Assembly: GCF_006345805.1 (NCBI RefSeq)
Contig: NC_043008.1
Span: 59,272,001 to 59,336,000 of the forward strand
Direction: 5' to 3'
Length of the DNA: 64,000 nt
Source of the DNA: Octopus sinensis
Lineage: Eukaryota
Both the position numbers and the translations under genes were made by a program. Below the pieces are notes generated by a model that saw nothing but the letters and a program-made list of their open reading frames with translations, had not been told where the DNA came from and ran no database searches. Of this stretch, positions 40,800 to 53,759 are shown piece after piece (position 1 is the stretch's first letter; each line of letters opens with the position of its first letter).

Positions 40800-43090
40800 G
40801 TAGTAGATCAAATTTCTGCTTTTGCGAAAATCTGTCCATTTTTTTTTTTTTGTTCTAATGGATTTATCAGTATGCGTGTATTGAAACCTTCCACGTCTGT
40901 TATTACAAGTGGATACGTGAATGTTTTATCTTGTTTGTTCACGTTAAATTTTGCCTTTGTTAATAACTTCTTTAGGTTATGTGGTTGCCTTTTGCTTAAG
41001 ATAAGTGTTTGATTAGTTATTATGTTTTTTTTCAGTTTTTCACTTTGTTTCATGATTGACAAATTTGTTTTGATGATGTTTAAAATGTTTTGGTGATGCG
41101 GATTGTGTGTTACTAGAAGTGGTATTGAGTTCCATTGATGGGTTCGTCTTTTTCGTATTGTTCTATAGGTATCTCTTTTGCTCGTTGTATGTTATTTTCT
41201 ATAAGAGGGTATTTTTGCTTGAGCAGAAATATTTGGGATTCTATAAGTCGTATGTTTCTGGTACTTAGATCATCTACTATAGTACAAATGTTCCTAACTA
41301 GACAGTATGAGATGTTGCGTTTTGTGTGTGTTGGGTGACATGATTTGAAATGTAGGTACCGGTGTGTATTTGTGCTTTTGTAATAAATATCAGCTGTGAT
41401 GGTTCTGTTGCTTTTAATTACGATTATGTCAAGAAATGGTAATTGTAGGTTGCTCATTTCTGTTGTGAATTTGAAACTAGGGTGTAGATCGTTGAGGAGG
41501 GTGCTGAATTCTTCCAGATTTCCTAGAGATTTGGTCCAAACTAGGAAACAATTATCGAAGTGTCTTTTCCATGTGTTCTCTATATGTCTTTTAAAGATCA
41601 TGCCGTAGTTTTATTCATTTTTTTAAACATAGGTTTTGTTCTAAGTATTCTGATACTGAGTTTGCGAAAACTGGAGCAAATCGCGTCCCCATAGATGTGC
41701 CTTGAATTTGGTGGTAGTTTTTTTTCCGTTGAAAAGGAATGTATTTTGTTTTTTCGAGAATGAGACTGACCACATCTAGTATGAGGGTTACAGTAAATCT
41801 GGGGTTCGCTTCTCTTTGTTCCTCGCCCCAATATTTTATGGCAGTAATTCCCAAATCATGTGGAATATTCGTATATAAGTTTGTTACATCAAACTTATAT
41901 AACAGTGAATTGGACTCTGTTGTTTTGGGCAGATGTGACAGGAAATCAATGTCATCCCGAATGAAACTGAGTATGTGACTACATAGTAGTTCTAAGATAA
42001 TGTCAGTGAGGTTGTTTAGACGATGTGTAGGACGGGCTGGACCAGCTATAATAGGACTTAGTTTAAGGTCTTTTGGTTGGAGTAGTTTTATGTATTCACT
42101 AACTTGTTTTTTTCTTTAAAGTGCTTTTGTATTTCTTTTGACTTGTGTATTTTAAGTAAGCCATAAAAGTTGCTAGATTTCGACTAAAAATTAGTAATAT
42201 AGTCCCTTTCATTAGGAGTGGGAGAATTATATTGCTTTAAGACTAAATAATTGAGTTTCTTCATGATACGGTGGTCAATAATTGAGGGTATTTCACAGTA
42301 GAATGTTGTATCCTTCAAATGATTTTCAGCTAGATTCCGTATCCATTATAACAATGGTACCCCATTTATCCGCTTGTTTAATGACAATTGTGCTGTCATT
42401 TTTAAGATGTATAAGGGTAGACTTTTCTAGTTTTGATATCTTTGGTCTGACGTTGATGTTGTGCCTCAGTGAGAATCTGGAAAGGATATCAATGAACTGA
42501 TCTAGATGTGCATTTCGTCCTTTTGGCGGGTCAAATTTTGATTTACTTTTCGCCAAGGATTCGTCATTCTCATTATTTTTATCAGTATGTGAAAATGATC
42601 TTTTGGGTTTATTTGACAGTCTAATATGGTTTTTTTTTTTGTTTTGTTTTGTTTCTAACAGGTGATTTTTGTTGAGGTCTTGAATATGATTCTTCCCGGT
42701 TTTTCTTCCTCTAATATTTTGATCAAACGAGTAATTGTTTTGTTTACTAACGTTTTGATCGTTATCAAAGGAATGTTCGTTTTGTTTATGGTATTCTTGT
42801 ATGCTACGTGTATTGGTATGTTTCTTGGTATTTTTAAATGATAAAAAATTCTTACCGTAGTTCCTTGTCGTTGACAGTTTTTCTTGCCACGTCTTTTTGT
42901 GTATATTGTGTTGGTTAGGTTGCTTCCTTATATACCTTTTACGTGGTACTGAAGTGTCATTACCGTAGTTTTCAGCATATTTATCAAGGGACAATTGTTC
43001 CTTTCGCCATAAATGTCTTGATTTACTATCTTCATTTCTAATATCTTTAATCCACATCACTTTCATTTTCTCAGCTATATTTCCCGTGGC
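40800..43090 (-). mobile_element. Penelope-like element RT region, decayed
   Basis: IVIKQADKWGTIVIMD; YHQIQGTSMGTRFAPVFAN; RHFDNCFLVW; LNDLHPSFKFTTE..LPFLDI..DIYYKSTNTHRYLHFKSCHP; stops and frameshifts; no GIY-YIG domain seen. Confidence 0.88.
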
Positions 43091-43366
43091 TATTTTCGAT
43101 ATTGCTTCGATAATTTCAAAAGGAAGAAGTCAATAATTTTACTACAGTTGTCAGGAACTAAACTATCAGTTAAATACATTCTGAAATCTGTTGATTACTA
43201 CGAACGTATGAAAGCGATAACTTTATGAACGTTACAAAATATTTTTTAATGTTTAACACACTTCAACATGGTAATAAAAATTTTAATACAATAATAAAAA
43301 ACGTGAAAACCAGACCATGTTTTAACTTTATTCAACTGATATATGTGTGTGTGTGTGTGTTTGCGC

Positions 43367-43421
<55 letters not shown>

Positions 43422-43672
43422 TGGAGGCGCGTGGCTTAGTGGTTAGAGTGTCAGCGCCATGATCGTAAGATTGTGGTTTCGATTCCTGGACAGGGCGACG
43501 CGTTGTGTTCTTGAGCAAAACACTTCATTTCACATTGCTCCAGTCCACTCAGCTGGCAAAAATGAGTAACGCTGCGATGGACTGGCATCCCGTCCAGCTG
43601 GGGAGCACATACGCCATAGAAACAGGGACACCGGGCCCATGATCCTGGCTAGGTTTTAAAAGGGAGCATTTA
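43422..43672 (+). mobile_element. tRNA-derived SINE family D (CORE-like + V-like domains)
   Basis: A/B boxes; TTGTGTTCTTGAGCAAAACACTT..GCTCCAGTCCACTCAGC; CTGCGATGGACTGGCATCCCGTCCAG. Domain names from memory. Confidence 0.75.
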
Positions 43673-44179
43673 TTTATATATATATATATGATTTTTGTAT
43701 ATATTTGAACTATATATGTGTGTGTGTGGTTTAAATATATACAAAGACGTCCCTCTAGATTTTGCGCAATTTGTAAGAAATGGTAATAGCAGATTATAGG
43801 ATTATGAACAGAATAATCGATACTTTTGTTCTCTTTTTACAAGCACTGCCCAGAGCTTTTGATCAAGAAACGCTTGATGAATGTATTTATCACGCCCTTA
43901 ATGGACCTTATCGTTATAGGATTAGCCTATATGAATCTACACACCACTGGACGAAACTATGCGTTGCTACATAGAAATGTTTCCAGTTATGTACATTTAG
44001 ACATAAGCCCATGTTCATGAAAAGGTTTTAAAGGGATTTGAGGCCTAGAAGACTCAAAACAGAGGAGCGTTGTTCATTATTATAGCAACACACGAGAGGA
44101 GGGTTTCGCTACTTCTTAATGACAAGAAAACGAAAAGAACGCACCAGCAGTAAACAAACCCGGGTGCAGTCATACATAT

Positions 44180-44916
44180 ACTCTTTACTCTATCTTTTTA
44201 CTCTTCTACTTGTTTCAGTCATTTGACTGCGGCCATGCTGGAGCACCGCCTTTAGTCGAGCAAATCGACCCCGGGACTTATTCTTTGTAAGCCTAGTACA
44301 TATTCTATCGGTCTCTTTTGCCGAACCGCTAAGTGACGGGGACGTAAACACACCAGCATCGGTTGTCAAGCAATGCTAGGGGGACAAACACAGACACACA
44401 AACATATAAACACAAGCTTATATATATATACATATATACGACAGGCTTCTTTCAGTTTCCGTCTACCAGATCCACTCACAAGGCATTGGTCGGCCCGGGG
44501 CTATAGCAGAAGACACTTGCCCAAGATGCCACGCAGTGGGACTGAACCCGGAACCATGTGGTTGGTTAGCAAGCTACTTACCACACAGCCACTCCTGCGC
44601 CTATGATCATATAACTCTTTGAAAAAGTAATAGACTGACGTTTATTTATATCAGATGTTCTCTTTTATCTTTTTTATCTTTTGCTTGTTTCAGTCATTAG
44701 GCTGCAACCAAGCTGTGACTTTGTAGTCAGAGGAATCGACTCCAGTACTCTTCCTAAGCCTGTTACTCATTTTATCGGTCTCTTTGCCGAACCGCTAAGT
44801 TACGGGGACGGAAACATAAACACAAAGACACACGCACATAAGACGCGTGGAAGGTTACGACTTCGTGTGCATACGCACATACATACATGCACACGTACAC
44901 ACACACACTAACACAA

Positions 44917-44947
<31 letters not shown>

Positions 44948-45113
44948 TACAACGGGCTTCATTCAGTTTCCGTCTTCCACATCCCCTCACAAGGCTTTGG
45001 TCGGCTCATGGCTATTGTAGAAGACACTTGCCCAAAGTGCCACGCAGTTTGGACTGAACTCGAAAGCATGTGATTGGGAAGCAAGCTTCTTACCACGCAG
45101 CTATGTCTGCGCC
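44180..45113 (-). mobile_element. Two SINE family B copies (44180-44602 full length; about 44668-45113 diverged)
   Basis: Head GGCGCAGGAGTGGCTGTGTGG..GGTTCAGTCCC; conserved tail. Confidence 0.88.
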
Positions 45114-45469
45114 TGTCTCCTACGTTTGTTTCAGTGCAGTGGTTAGTTGAGGCCTCTGCGCTGGATGTTATCTAGTGCAGTTGGGTGCTTATTGAGTGGC
45201 TGACTTGTGGTCGGTGTGTAATGACTTGTGCACGGTCCCTTACAAGCCTTAAGAGTCTTAGAAGCATTGGAAGATATTATCAGCGATGGGAAGACAAAGA
45301 TGAGATGTATCTTAGAGTGGAATGGATTTAAAAAGTAGTCTTACTTGGTCATGGGTTGACGTCCATCATATAAAAATGTGTGTATCTCTCTCTCTCTCTC
45401 TCTCTCCTCCTCTATATATATATATATATATCTATATATCTATAATATATATATATATCCCTATATATC

Positions 45470-45890
45470 TGAGACCCCTTCAGTCGCGACACAGACCATG
45501 GGATTGCACCTAGAAAGTTACTGTCCCAGGCACAAGTCCGGGCAAGGTTGTTTATGGAAGACCAGCAGTCGCCCATGCATAGCGGCCTACCCTCTCCACA
45601 CCACCAGTGTTTTCCAATGGAAAGGCAAAGGCTGATACAGCTTGGCACCTGTGACGTCGCAACTCAATTCTACAGCTGAGTGAACTGGAGCAACGTGAAA
45701 TAATGTGTCTTGCTCAAGAACAAAACACGCAGCCCAGTCCGAGATTCGAGCTCACAACCTCACGATCGTCTTCTAAATCCACTCACAAGGCTTTGGTCGG
45801 CCCGAGGCTATAGTAGACGATATTTGCCCAAGGACTGAATCCGGAACCATGTGGTCCGTAAGCAAGCTACTTACCACACAGCCACTCCTA
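45470..45890 (-). mobile_element. CORE-like SINE with a different tail (45470-45770) and a family B head fragment (45775-45890)
   Basis: Shares TTCTTGAGCAAGACAC..GCTCCAGTTCACTCAGC with family D. Confidence 0.65.
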
Positions 45891-46089
45891 CTTCTTTAAT
45901 CTACATCATTAACTGGTTGTTATATTATTTTTGTTATTTCCGTTCAGAACAGGAGAAGCGACGAGCAAATTTCATATCTTCGCATTTTCTTATATCGATT
46001 CAAATAGTGTGATACCCACTTTTGGAGCTTTTTCGATTTTCCGACCGCATGCAAATGGTTACAGGCAGTTTTTTTTTTGGGGGGGGGGA

Positions 46090-46440
46090 GCGTAACTTTG
46101 CCAGTTCTCGAGTGGTATTATGTAGAGCTTTCTCAATGATGGTCTTAAATTGACCGTCATCGATGCTACATGGGCGTCAACTATGCTCACAATCTTCAAG
46201 GCTCAGGCTCCACTGCGGAATCGTTTAAACCATTTTCGAGCTGACCACTCGCTGGTCGTTTCCTCACCAAATGTTTCGTTGATATCGCGAGCAGTTTCAG
46301 CTGCGTTACGTCCTTTTTTGAAGTTAAATAATAATATTGCTCGAATATCGCGCTTTGACACTTGCATTTCAGATGATAGTAACAACGGTGAAAAAAATAT
46401 CAATATTAAAATAACTGATGCCTTTGGACAAATCTATACA
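46090..46440 (-). mobile_element. Mariner transposase N-terminal (HTH) remnant
   Basis: MQVSKRDIRAILLFNFKKGRNAAETARDINETFGEETTSEWSARKWFKRFRSG. Confidence 0.85.
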
Positions 46441-46545
46441 TGTATTATCAGATAATTGCCAAAAAATGTTTTAAAATATTCAAACTCTGCAAAAATCCGG
46501 TACAAATTCTTCATGGTTCAAAACGCTGCTTACTTTTTACTGAAC

Positions 46546-46593
<48 letters not shown>

Positions 46594-46613
46594 ATATATT
46601 ATATATTATAATA

Positions 46614-46799
46614 GGGTTCAGCAAAGATTTGCTTTACTACATACCGAAGCTTAGAAATAGCAGCCAGGGAACCTTAACTATTTCCTCTTCGTGTAGCTTG
46701 TTTTTCGGGGGTCTCTTTTTAAAGTAGAGGAAATAGCTAAGGTTCACTGGCTGCTATTTCTAAACTTCGGTATGTGGTAAAGCAAATCTTGCTGAACCC
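46614..46799. mobile_element. MITE with 75-bp TIRs and TA flanks
   Basis: Arms 46614-46688 and 46726-46799 (GGGTTCAGCAAAGATTTGC.. / ..GCAAATCTTGCTGAACCC). Confidence 0.85.
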
Positions 46800-46933
46800 T
46801 ATTATAAAGTATTCCTTTAGTTTACCGAGAAATGGTCCTTTTTCATGCCGAATTCTACTTGGTGAAATATTGATTACTAGTTAATTAATTAATTTTACCC
46901 TTTGTTATTATTGATTATCTATCTATCTATCTA

Positions 46934-46973
<40 letters not shown>

Positions 46974-47671
46974 TGCTTGTGTGAGTGTGTGTGTGTGTGT
47001 GGTGTGTACGTGTGCATGTATGTGCGTATGCACACGCAGTCGTAACCTTCCACGCCATGTCGACTGCAATAGCTGGTTATGTGTAAAATAACGACACCAC
47101 TCTCGTAGTTAAAACACTTTTGATGATAACCACTTAAATTAATGATTAATCTACTACTACAAAGGTTCGCGAGAATCTTGACTTTAGGATTCGGAAATTT
47201 GATCATTTTTTTCACCTACTTCATACGAGAAACATGAAGCTAGAAATTATAGAAGTCTGCTAACTTGTGCTTGAATGAAATAGTGTGTTAAATTATTTTT
47301 TGTGCGCCAGGCAACAGGCTGATAAGGAGCTGTACAGGAAAGTAGATGTCCTTCTACTGACACAAATTAAACATGTTTGTAACAACATGAGTTTACACTG
47401 AATATTATTTTGGCGAAATGTGTCGAAACCCGATCTTATTAATTTTATCGCGCATTTTACAAAATAATTATTCAACCACCTATCTTTCTGTAACAACGTT
47501 CGCGTCCATATCTCGTTTTGTTTTGTTATTATTATGCTGCGCACACCCAAGTAGACTATTTATATACATTTTGAATGCATAATGTAGAATTTAAGACTTG
47601 GATCATGTGGTTCGTTTCGACCGATAAATAAAGGGGCTGGTGACACTAATTTAAGCAAAGTGTGTGCTATA

Positions 47672-47754
<83 letters not shown>

Positions 47755-47808
47755 CTTTATATATATATATATATCTTTATATATGTATGTATATATGTAC
47801 ATATATAC

Positions 47809-48378
47809 ATGACCACTAAGTAGACATCCATTATGCTAGAAGAAGACCCCCATATGGTCTGACCACTGAGAAAAGATTGTTCTCGAGAAAATTCAGCAAA
47901 CGCCAGAACGTAAGCGAGCAAGACGAATGGAAAGATACAAAATATAAAGATTAATCACAAGCACGATTTCATTGTTACCACTTACGTAAATGTCCGTAGT
48001 TCATCAGTATGAACGTCATAGCAAAGTATAATTTGCAGAACTATACACGGGACGTCCGTATGAGATTGAACATGCATATAGTTCTACCAATTACATTTGG
48101 GGTTATATTTCAAAGTCTTCTTTTGGCGCGCGGACGTCCCGTGTATAGTTTTTCAAATTATATTTTGCTTTGACGATCACACTGATGAATTGTGGACATT
48201 TACGTAAGCGGTAACAATGAAACCGGGTTTGTGATTAATCTTTATATTTGTATCTTTTCATTCGTCTTTCTCGCTTAGGTTCTAGCGTTTGCTGAATTTT
48301 CTTGAGAACAATCTTTTCTTAGTGGTCAGACCATATGGGGTCTTCTTCTAGCATAATGGATGTCTATTTAGTGGCCAT
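47809..48378. mobile_element. Long inverted repeat (about 250-bp arms, 72-bp spacer), each arm carrying a hammerhead-like motif
   Basis: Arms 47809-48058 and 48131-48378 align as reverse complements by eye with scattered mismatches. Confidence 0.9.
48175..48236 (+). ncRNA. Minimal type-I hammerhead ribozyme candidate
   Basis: ATCACA-CTGATGA-ATTGT[20 nt]ACAAT-GAAA-CCGGGT-T-TGTGAT: intact core, stem I 6 bp, stem II 5 bp, very short stem III, GUU cleavage triplet. Confidence 0.6.
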
Positions 48379-48511
48379 CCCTCTTATATGTATGTAATAT
48401 AATTTTACTGAATCTTCAGATTTTTCAATATGTTAGGTCACTGGTTTTAAATTGATATTATATAATCAGCCTTATTATTTAAATGTTTATATATACATAC
48501 ATACACACACG

Positions 48512-48550
<39 letters not shown>

Positions 48551-48619
48551 TAAGGGTATGTCGCCTTGCTGAAAGTTTGTATGTGAGTGTATATGTTAAT
48601 ATATATATATATATGTATG

Positions 48620-48654
<35 letters not shown>

Positions 48655-48709
48655 TGCCTCACACATAGAGGACATTCAAAAGCGCTAACACACGGATGTC
48701 TATACATAC

Positions 48710-49720
48710 ACCTATTTCTTTACTACCCACAAGGGGCTAAACACAGGGAGGACAAACAAGGACAGACAAACGGATTAAGTCGATTACATCGATCCCAGTG
48801 CGTAACTGGTACTTATTTAATAGACCACAGTGGTATGAAAGCTAAGTTGATCTCAACCCGATTTGAACTCAGAAAAAATAAAGTCAGAATTATTATCACA
48901 AAGCATTTTTTTCCGACATTTTAACGCCGGCTCAATATCTTAGCACTTCAGCATTCAAATCTAGCCTTACACACATATCTACAAAACCATTACTAACTGT
49001 CACATCATTGACATCTTGAAGTTTAAAAATTATCTTCTTCGGTCGCACTGCTTTCACGGATTCCGATGACTCTCTATCGCCATTCAATTGTGAATCATTC
49101 ATCAGCTGATTACACAACCATGGACGCCGCCCCTACCGATCCGTTACTCTCTTATTTTATCGATCCCGAAAGGATGAAATCGATCACGGGCAAATTTGAA
49201 CTCAGTACGTAGCGACACGGAAGGAGTGTCACTAAGATTATTGATCACCATGCTTACGATTCTGAAGCTCACCGGCTTTATGTAAGAAACAGGAATTATT
49301 AATGGTTTCAAATTTTGGCACAAAGCCAGCAATTTCAGGCAAGGAGGGAAATTGATCGCATCGATCCTACTGAACAGCTGGTCCTTATCATGGACGGCAA
49401 AGCCAACCCTATCGATAATTGAACTCAGAACTTGAGGTCGGGAAGCATGCCACTAAACATTTTTTGCGGTGTAGACACGATTGTACCAGCTCGCCTCCTT
49501 TAATATTGGTTTCAAAATTTATCACAAGGCCAACAATTTTGCGAGAGGGAGTAAGTCCATTACATCGACCCCAGTGCGCAACTGGTACTCACTTCATCAA
49601 CCCCGAAAGGGTGAAAGGTAAAGTCGATCTCGGCGAAATTTGAACTCAGAACGTAAGGACCGACAAAATGCCGCAAAGCATTTTGCCCGGCATGCAAACG
49701 ATTCTGCCAGTTTGCCAGCT
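48710..49720 (-). mobile_element. Cluster of partial or diverged SINE family A copies
   Basis: Core fragments at about 48710-48880, 49150-49300 and 49500-49720. Confidence 0.7.
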
Positions 49721-49845
49721 TTATGTAAAAAACAAGAATTATTATTAATGGGTATAATATTTTCCCCTTTTTGACGACAGTGTGCTATACTGAAGTCACT
49801 ATACAATGTGTTTGACTTCATGAGATACATTATATTTTACTCATA

Positions 49846-50540
49846 AGGCGGCGAGCTAGCAGAAACGTTAGCACGCCGGGCGAAATGCTTAGCGGTATTT
49901 CGTCTGCCTTTACGTTCTAAGTTCAAATTCCGCCGAGGTCGACTTTGCCTTTCATCCTTTCGGGGTCGATAAATTAAGTACCAGTTACACACTGGGGGTC
50001 GATGTAATCGACTTAATCCGTTTGTCTGTCCTTGTTTGTGCTCTCTGTATTTAGCCCCTTGTGGGTAGTAAATAAATAGGTATTTCGTCTGCCGCTACGC
50101 TCCGAGTTCAAATTCCGCCGAGGTCGACTTTGCCTTTCATCCTTTCGGGGTCGATAAATTAAGTACCAGTTACACACTGGGGTCGATGTAATCGACTTAA
50201 TCCGTTTGTCTGCCCTTGTTTGTGCTCTCTGTGTTTAGTCCCTTGTGGGTAGTAAAGAAATAGGTATTTCGTCTGCCGCTACGTTCCGAGTTCAAATTCC
50301 GCCGAGGTCGACTTTGCCTTTCATTCTTTCGGGGTCGATTAAATATGTACCAGTTACGATGTAATCGACTTAATCTGTTTGCCTGTCCTTAAACGATTAA
50401 ATAAGTACCAGTCGATTAAATAAGTGCCAGTTATTTAATCTGGTACTTATTAAATAACCAGATTATTATTTCATCTGGTTAAGTACCAGTTGCATACTGG
50501 GGTCGATCTAATCCCCCAAAATTTAGGGCCTTGTGCCTAG
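49846..50540 (+). mobile_element. SINE family A trimer/tetramer with a scrambled 3' end
   Basis: Restarts at GGTATTTCGTCTGCCGCTACG (about 50079 and 50263); micro-rearranged core motif at 50391-50490. Confidence 0.9.
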
Positions 50541-50903
50541 ATTAGAAAATATTGTATTTTACTCATAACATTTATACTTCAATACAGTAGGTCAATGGCC
50601 TATGCAAATTGACTACTTTCCCTAATCAAATAATTAGCATTTAATGAACTAACGTCGCTGCCTCTATAGGGTTTTTAGTGCCACGTGAAAGGAAGTGGGC
50701 CGAACCCGAACAATAACACACCCAAAACTTAGAAAAAGGAAAAAAAACAAAATATTAGACTAGAGTGTCACCCACCACGTGAGAGATAACTTTGAAATAT
50801 ACTTACGTCACCAAGCGTATTATCAAAAGATGTGACTTACACATAAATTCTAATAATGCGTTTATTAATTTTTTCTGCACATAATAACGAAGTGAATATT
50901 AGT

Positions 50904-52813
50904 GTTAGTTAGTTAGTTAGTTAGTTAATTTTTGGCTCAAAAAGCAAAAAGCAAGGCCATGTAGGGGGACATGGAGTTATGTACAGGGTGGTGTTCATGT
51001 AAAGAGTTCAGGCCACTTGTGGTCAAGGGAGACTTTGAACCAAGCGGTCTTCGGCATCTTCACCATCTCGTCCGACAGCTTATTCCACGGATCCGCAACC
51101 CGGACGGAGAAAGCTCCTCTCCTTCGATTGAGATGAAATCGTCGCAGATAGAGCTTTTCGGAGTGACCCCGCAGCCGACGCTCTGGAGCAGGAGTGAAGA
51201 ACAGCTCTTTCGAGAGGTTACACTTTCCGCTTATGATGTTGTGAGCAAGAATGAGATCACCACGGCGTCGTTGTTTTTCTAGAGAATAAAGGTCGAGCGT
51301 CTTCAGCCTTTCTTCATAAGACAAATTCTTGAGACCAAGAACCATGCGGGTAGCCAGCTTCTGGACTCTTTCGAGATGTTGTATGTCTTTGAGGAGATAA
51401 GGAGAAGAGGCTTGAATCCCGTACTCCAATATGGGTATCACCAGCGTGACAGAGCGGTAGGAATATGGCTGCTGTGAGCATTCCGAATGACCGTCGAATC
51501 AAGAACAGAACTCCGCGTGCTTTGTTGGCAGCATGGACGCACTGGGCCGAAGGCGAAAAGGAGGAATTCACCAAGATACCCAGGTCCTTTACCTGGTCGG
51601 TCCTCTCCAGCAGCAGACGACCCGGCTCGAAATCAAGTTGAGTTGCAGGAGGAGAGCCGACAGGCAGATGACAGCACTTTGACACGTTCAGACACAGGTC
51701 CCATTCGTTAGACCATCTCCAAATTTGGTGGCGGCATCGACGAAGATCCTCCATATCACCGCGAGGAGCGATCAGTTTGACATCGTCGGCAAATAGAAGG
51801 GTGTGTTGCGTGAGGTCGTCGGGAAAGTCATTTATGAAGACTAAGAACAATAAGGGACCAAGCACTGGACCTTGAGGCACGCCACTGCTCGCACTGGAGA
51901 CGTCGCACAGCGAACCATTAACTTGGACTTGGAAGGAGCGATCTGAGAGGAAGGCACCAACCCATCGTACAATATCTGGATGGAAACTATATGCTTGAAG
52001 CTTGACAAGTAATAGGCGGTGGTTTACCATGTCAAAAGCTTTGGCAAAGTCCAATAAAACGATGTCAACAGCATCACCATCATCGAGGATGCGCGTCACC
52101 AATTCTTCCATTACCAGTAAGTTGGTCAAGCATGATCTCTTCGGCACGAAGCCGTGTTGGGAATCAGAGATAGAGGCAGTGTTTTAGAGGTGGAGCATCA
52201 TACTTTTCTTAAGGATGGTTTCGAACATCTTGCTGATTATTGAAGTAAGGGAAACCGGTCGGTAGTTAAGCGGGTCTTCGCGGCTCCCTTTCTTGAAAAT
52301 TGGGTAGATTATCGCTGTTCTCCAGTCCGCAGGTATAACACCCGTCGCCAATGACATATTGAGTAGACGTGTTAAGGGCTCGCAGATGACCGGAGCCAAC
52401 GCTTTGATAACCCGTGGGTGTATGCCGTCAGGGCCGTGACCCTTGTTGACATCGAGGCATTGAATAACGCGTTCTACTTCGTCCTGCGTGATGACCAATC
52501 GAAGCATTGGAGGTACCGATCTATCAAATGGAGGGGGTTCACGACCATCATCTTGTTTGAAAATAGTTGAAAAAGCCTCGGCAGATAATTGACTCTGTTG
52601 ATAAGGGTCCTCAATCGATACGCCTGTTGAGTCTACCAACGTTGCAATTTGGTTGTTCAAGCGGGAATTCCGTTGGACATGGACAAAGAAGGTTTTTGGA
52701 TTGCGACTGGCGTTTGCCGCGATTCTGTATTCATATCTGAAGCGTTCTTCCATTTCAATTTTCACGGCTCGGTCTCGTTGAGTTTTGTACACCTCAAAAG
52801 CTGCAATCGAATC
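50904..52813 (-). mobile_element. CR1-like LINE, 5'-truncated, RT domain with two frameshifts
   Basis: GPDGIHPRV..NYRPVSLTS; SCLTNLL..LDFAKAFD..SGVPQGPVLGPLLF..LFADDVK; RRRGDLI..FSVRV..WNKL; (CTAA)n tail; possible 7-bp TSD TAGTGTT (50900-50906, 52814-52820). Confidence 0.93.
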
Positions 52814-52943
52814 TAGTGTTCAAAATTCACTGCCTTACAGTGAAGTTAAATAGGACAATATTCAAAAATTAAAGGAAATTGAAAATAAATGGTTTAATTT
52901 TTATGAACATTCACACAAACACACGTTCTCTCTCACTCTCTCT

Positions 52944-52979
<36 letters not shown>

Positions 52980-53057
52980 CACACACATACACACACTGCC
53001 ACCTTCACTCTCTCTCTTTCTCTCATATTATGGATATATATATATATACACATATAT

Positions 53058-53285
53058 AGGTGTAGGAGTGGCTTTGTGGTAAGCATATAGGCGTAGGAGT
53101 GGCCGTGTGGTATATAGCTTGCTTACCAACCACATGGTTCCGGATTCTGTCCCACTGCGTTGCACCCGAGGCAAGTGTCTTCTACTATAGCCTCGGGCCG
53201 ACCAAAGCCTTGTGAGTGGATTTGGTAGTCAGAAACATAAAGAAGCCCGTCGTATATATGTATGTATATATACATGCATACATAC

Positions 53286-53317
<32 letters not shown>

Positions 53318-53578
53318 CTGTGTGTGTGTATGTGTCTGTATGTGTGTGTGTATGTATGTATGTATGTATGAGTATGTTTGTGTGTCTGTGTTTGTCCCCC
53401 TAACATCGCTTGACAACCGATGCTGGTGTGTTTACGTCCTCGTAACTCAGCGGTTCGGCAAAAGAGACCGATAGAATAAGTACTAGGCTTAAAAAAATAA
53501 GTCCTGGGGTCGATTTGCTCGACTAAAGGCGGTGCTCCAGCATGGCCACAGTCAAATGACTGAAACAAGTAAAAGAGT
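53058..53578 (+). mobile_element. SINE family B, full length, with a duplicated head start and internal (TA/TG)n
   Basis: A box TGGCCGTGTGG, B-box-like GGATTCTGTCCC, tail ..TGACTGAAACAAGTAAAAGAGT. Confidence 0.9.
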
Positions 53579-53594
53579 ATATATATATAAATAA

Positions 53595-53648
<54 letters not shown>

Positions 53649-53759
53649 TAGAAAATAGTAAAAAGTGAAAAAACTACAGAAGGCTTGTTTTAAAAGGTTA
53701 AAAAATATATATTTGAGTCAGAAAAATGTTATAAATTTTTTTCATAGTGACGTAGTTTT

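Noticed and set aside
43422-43500. tRNA genes at SINE heads (also 40690-40763, 53088, 63643)
   Set aside because: A/B boxes are present but run into SINE bodies without a complete cloverleaf.
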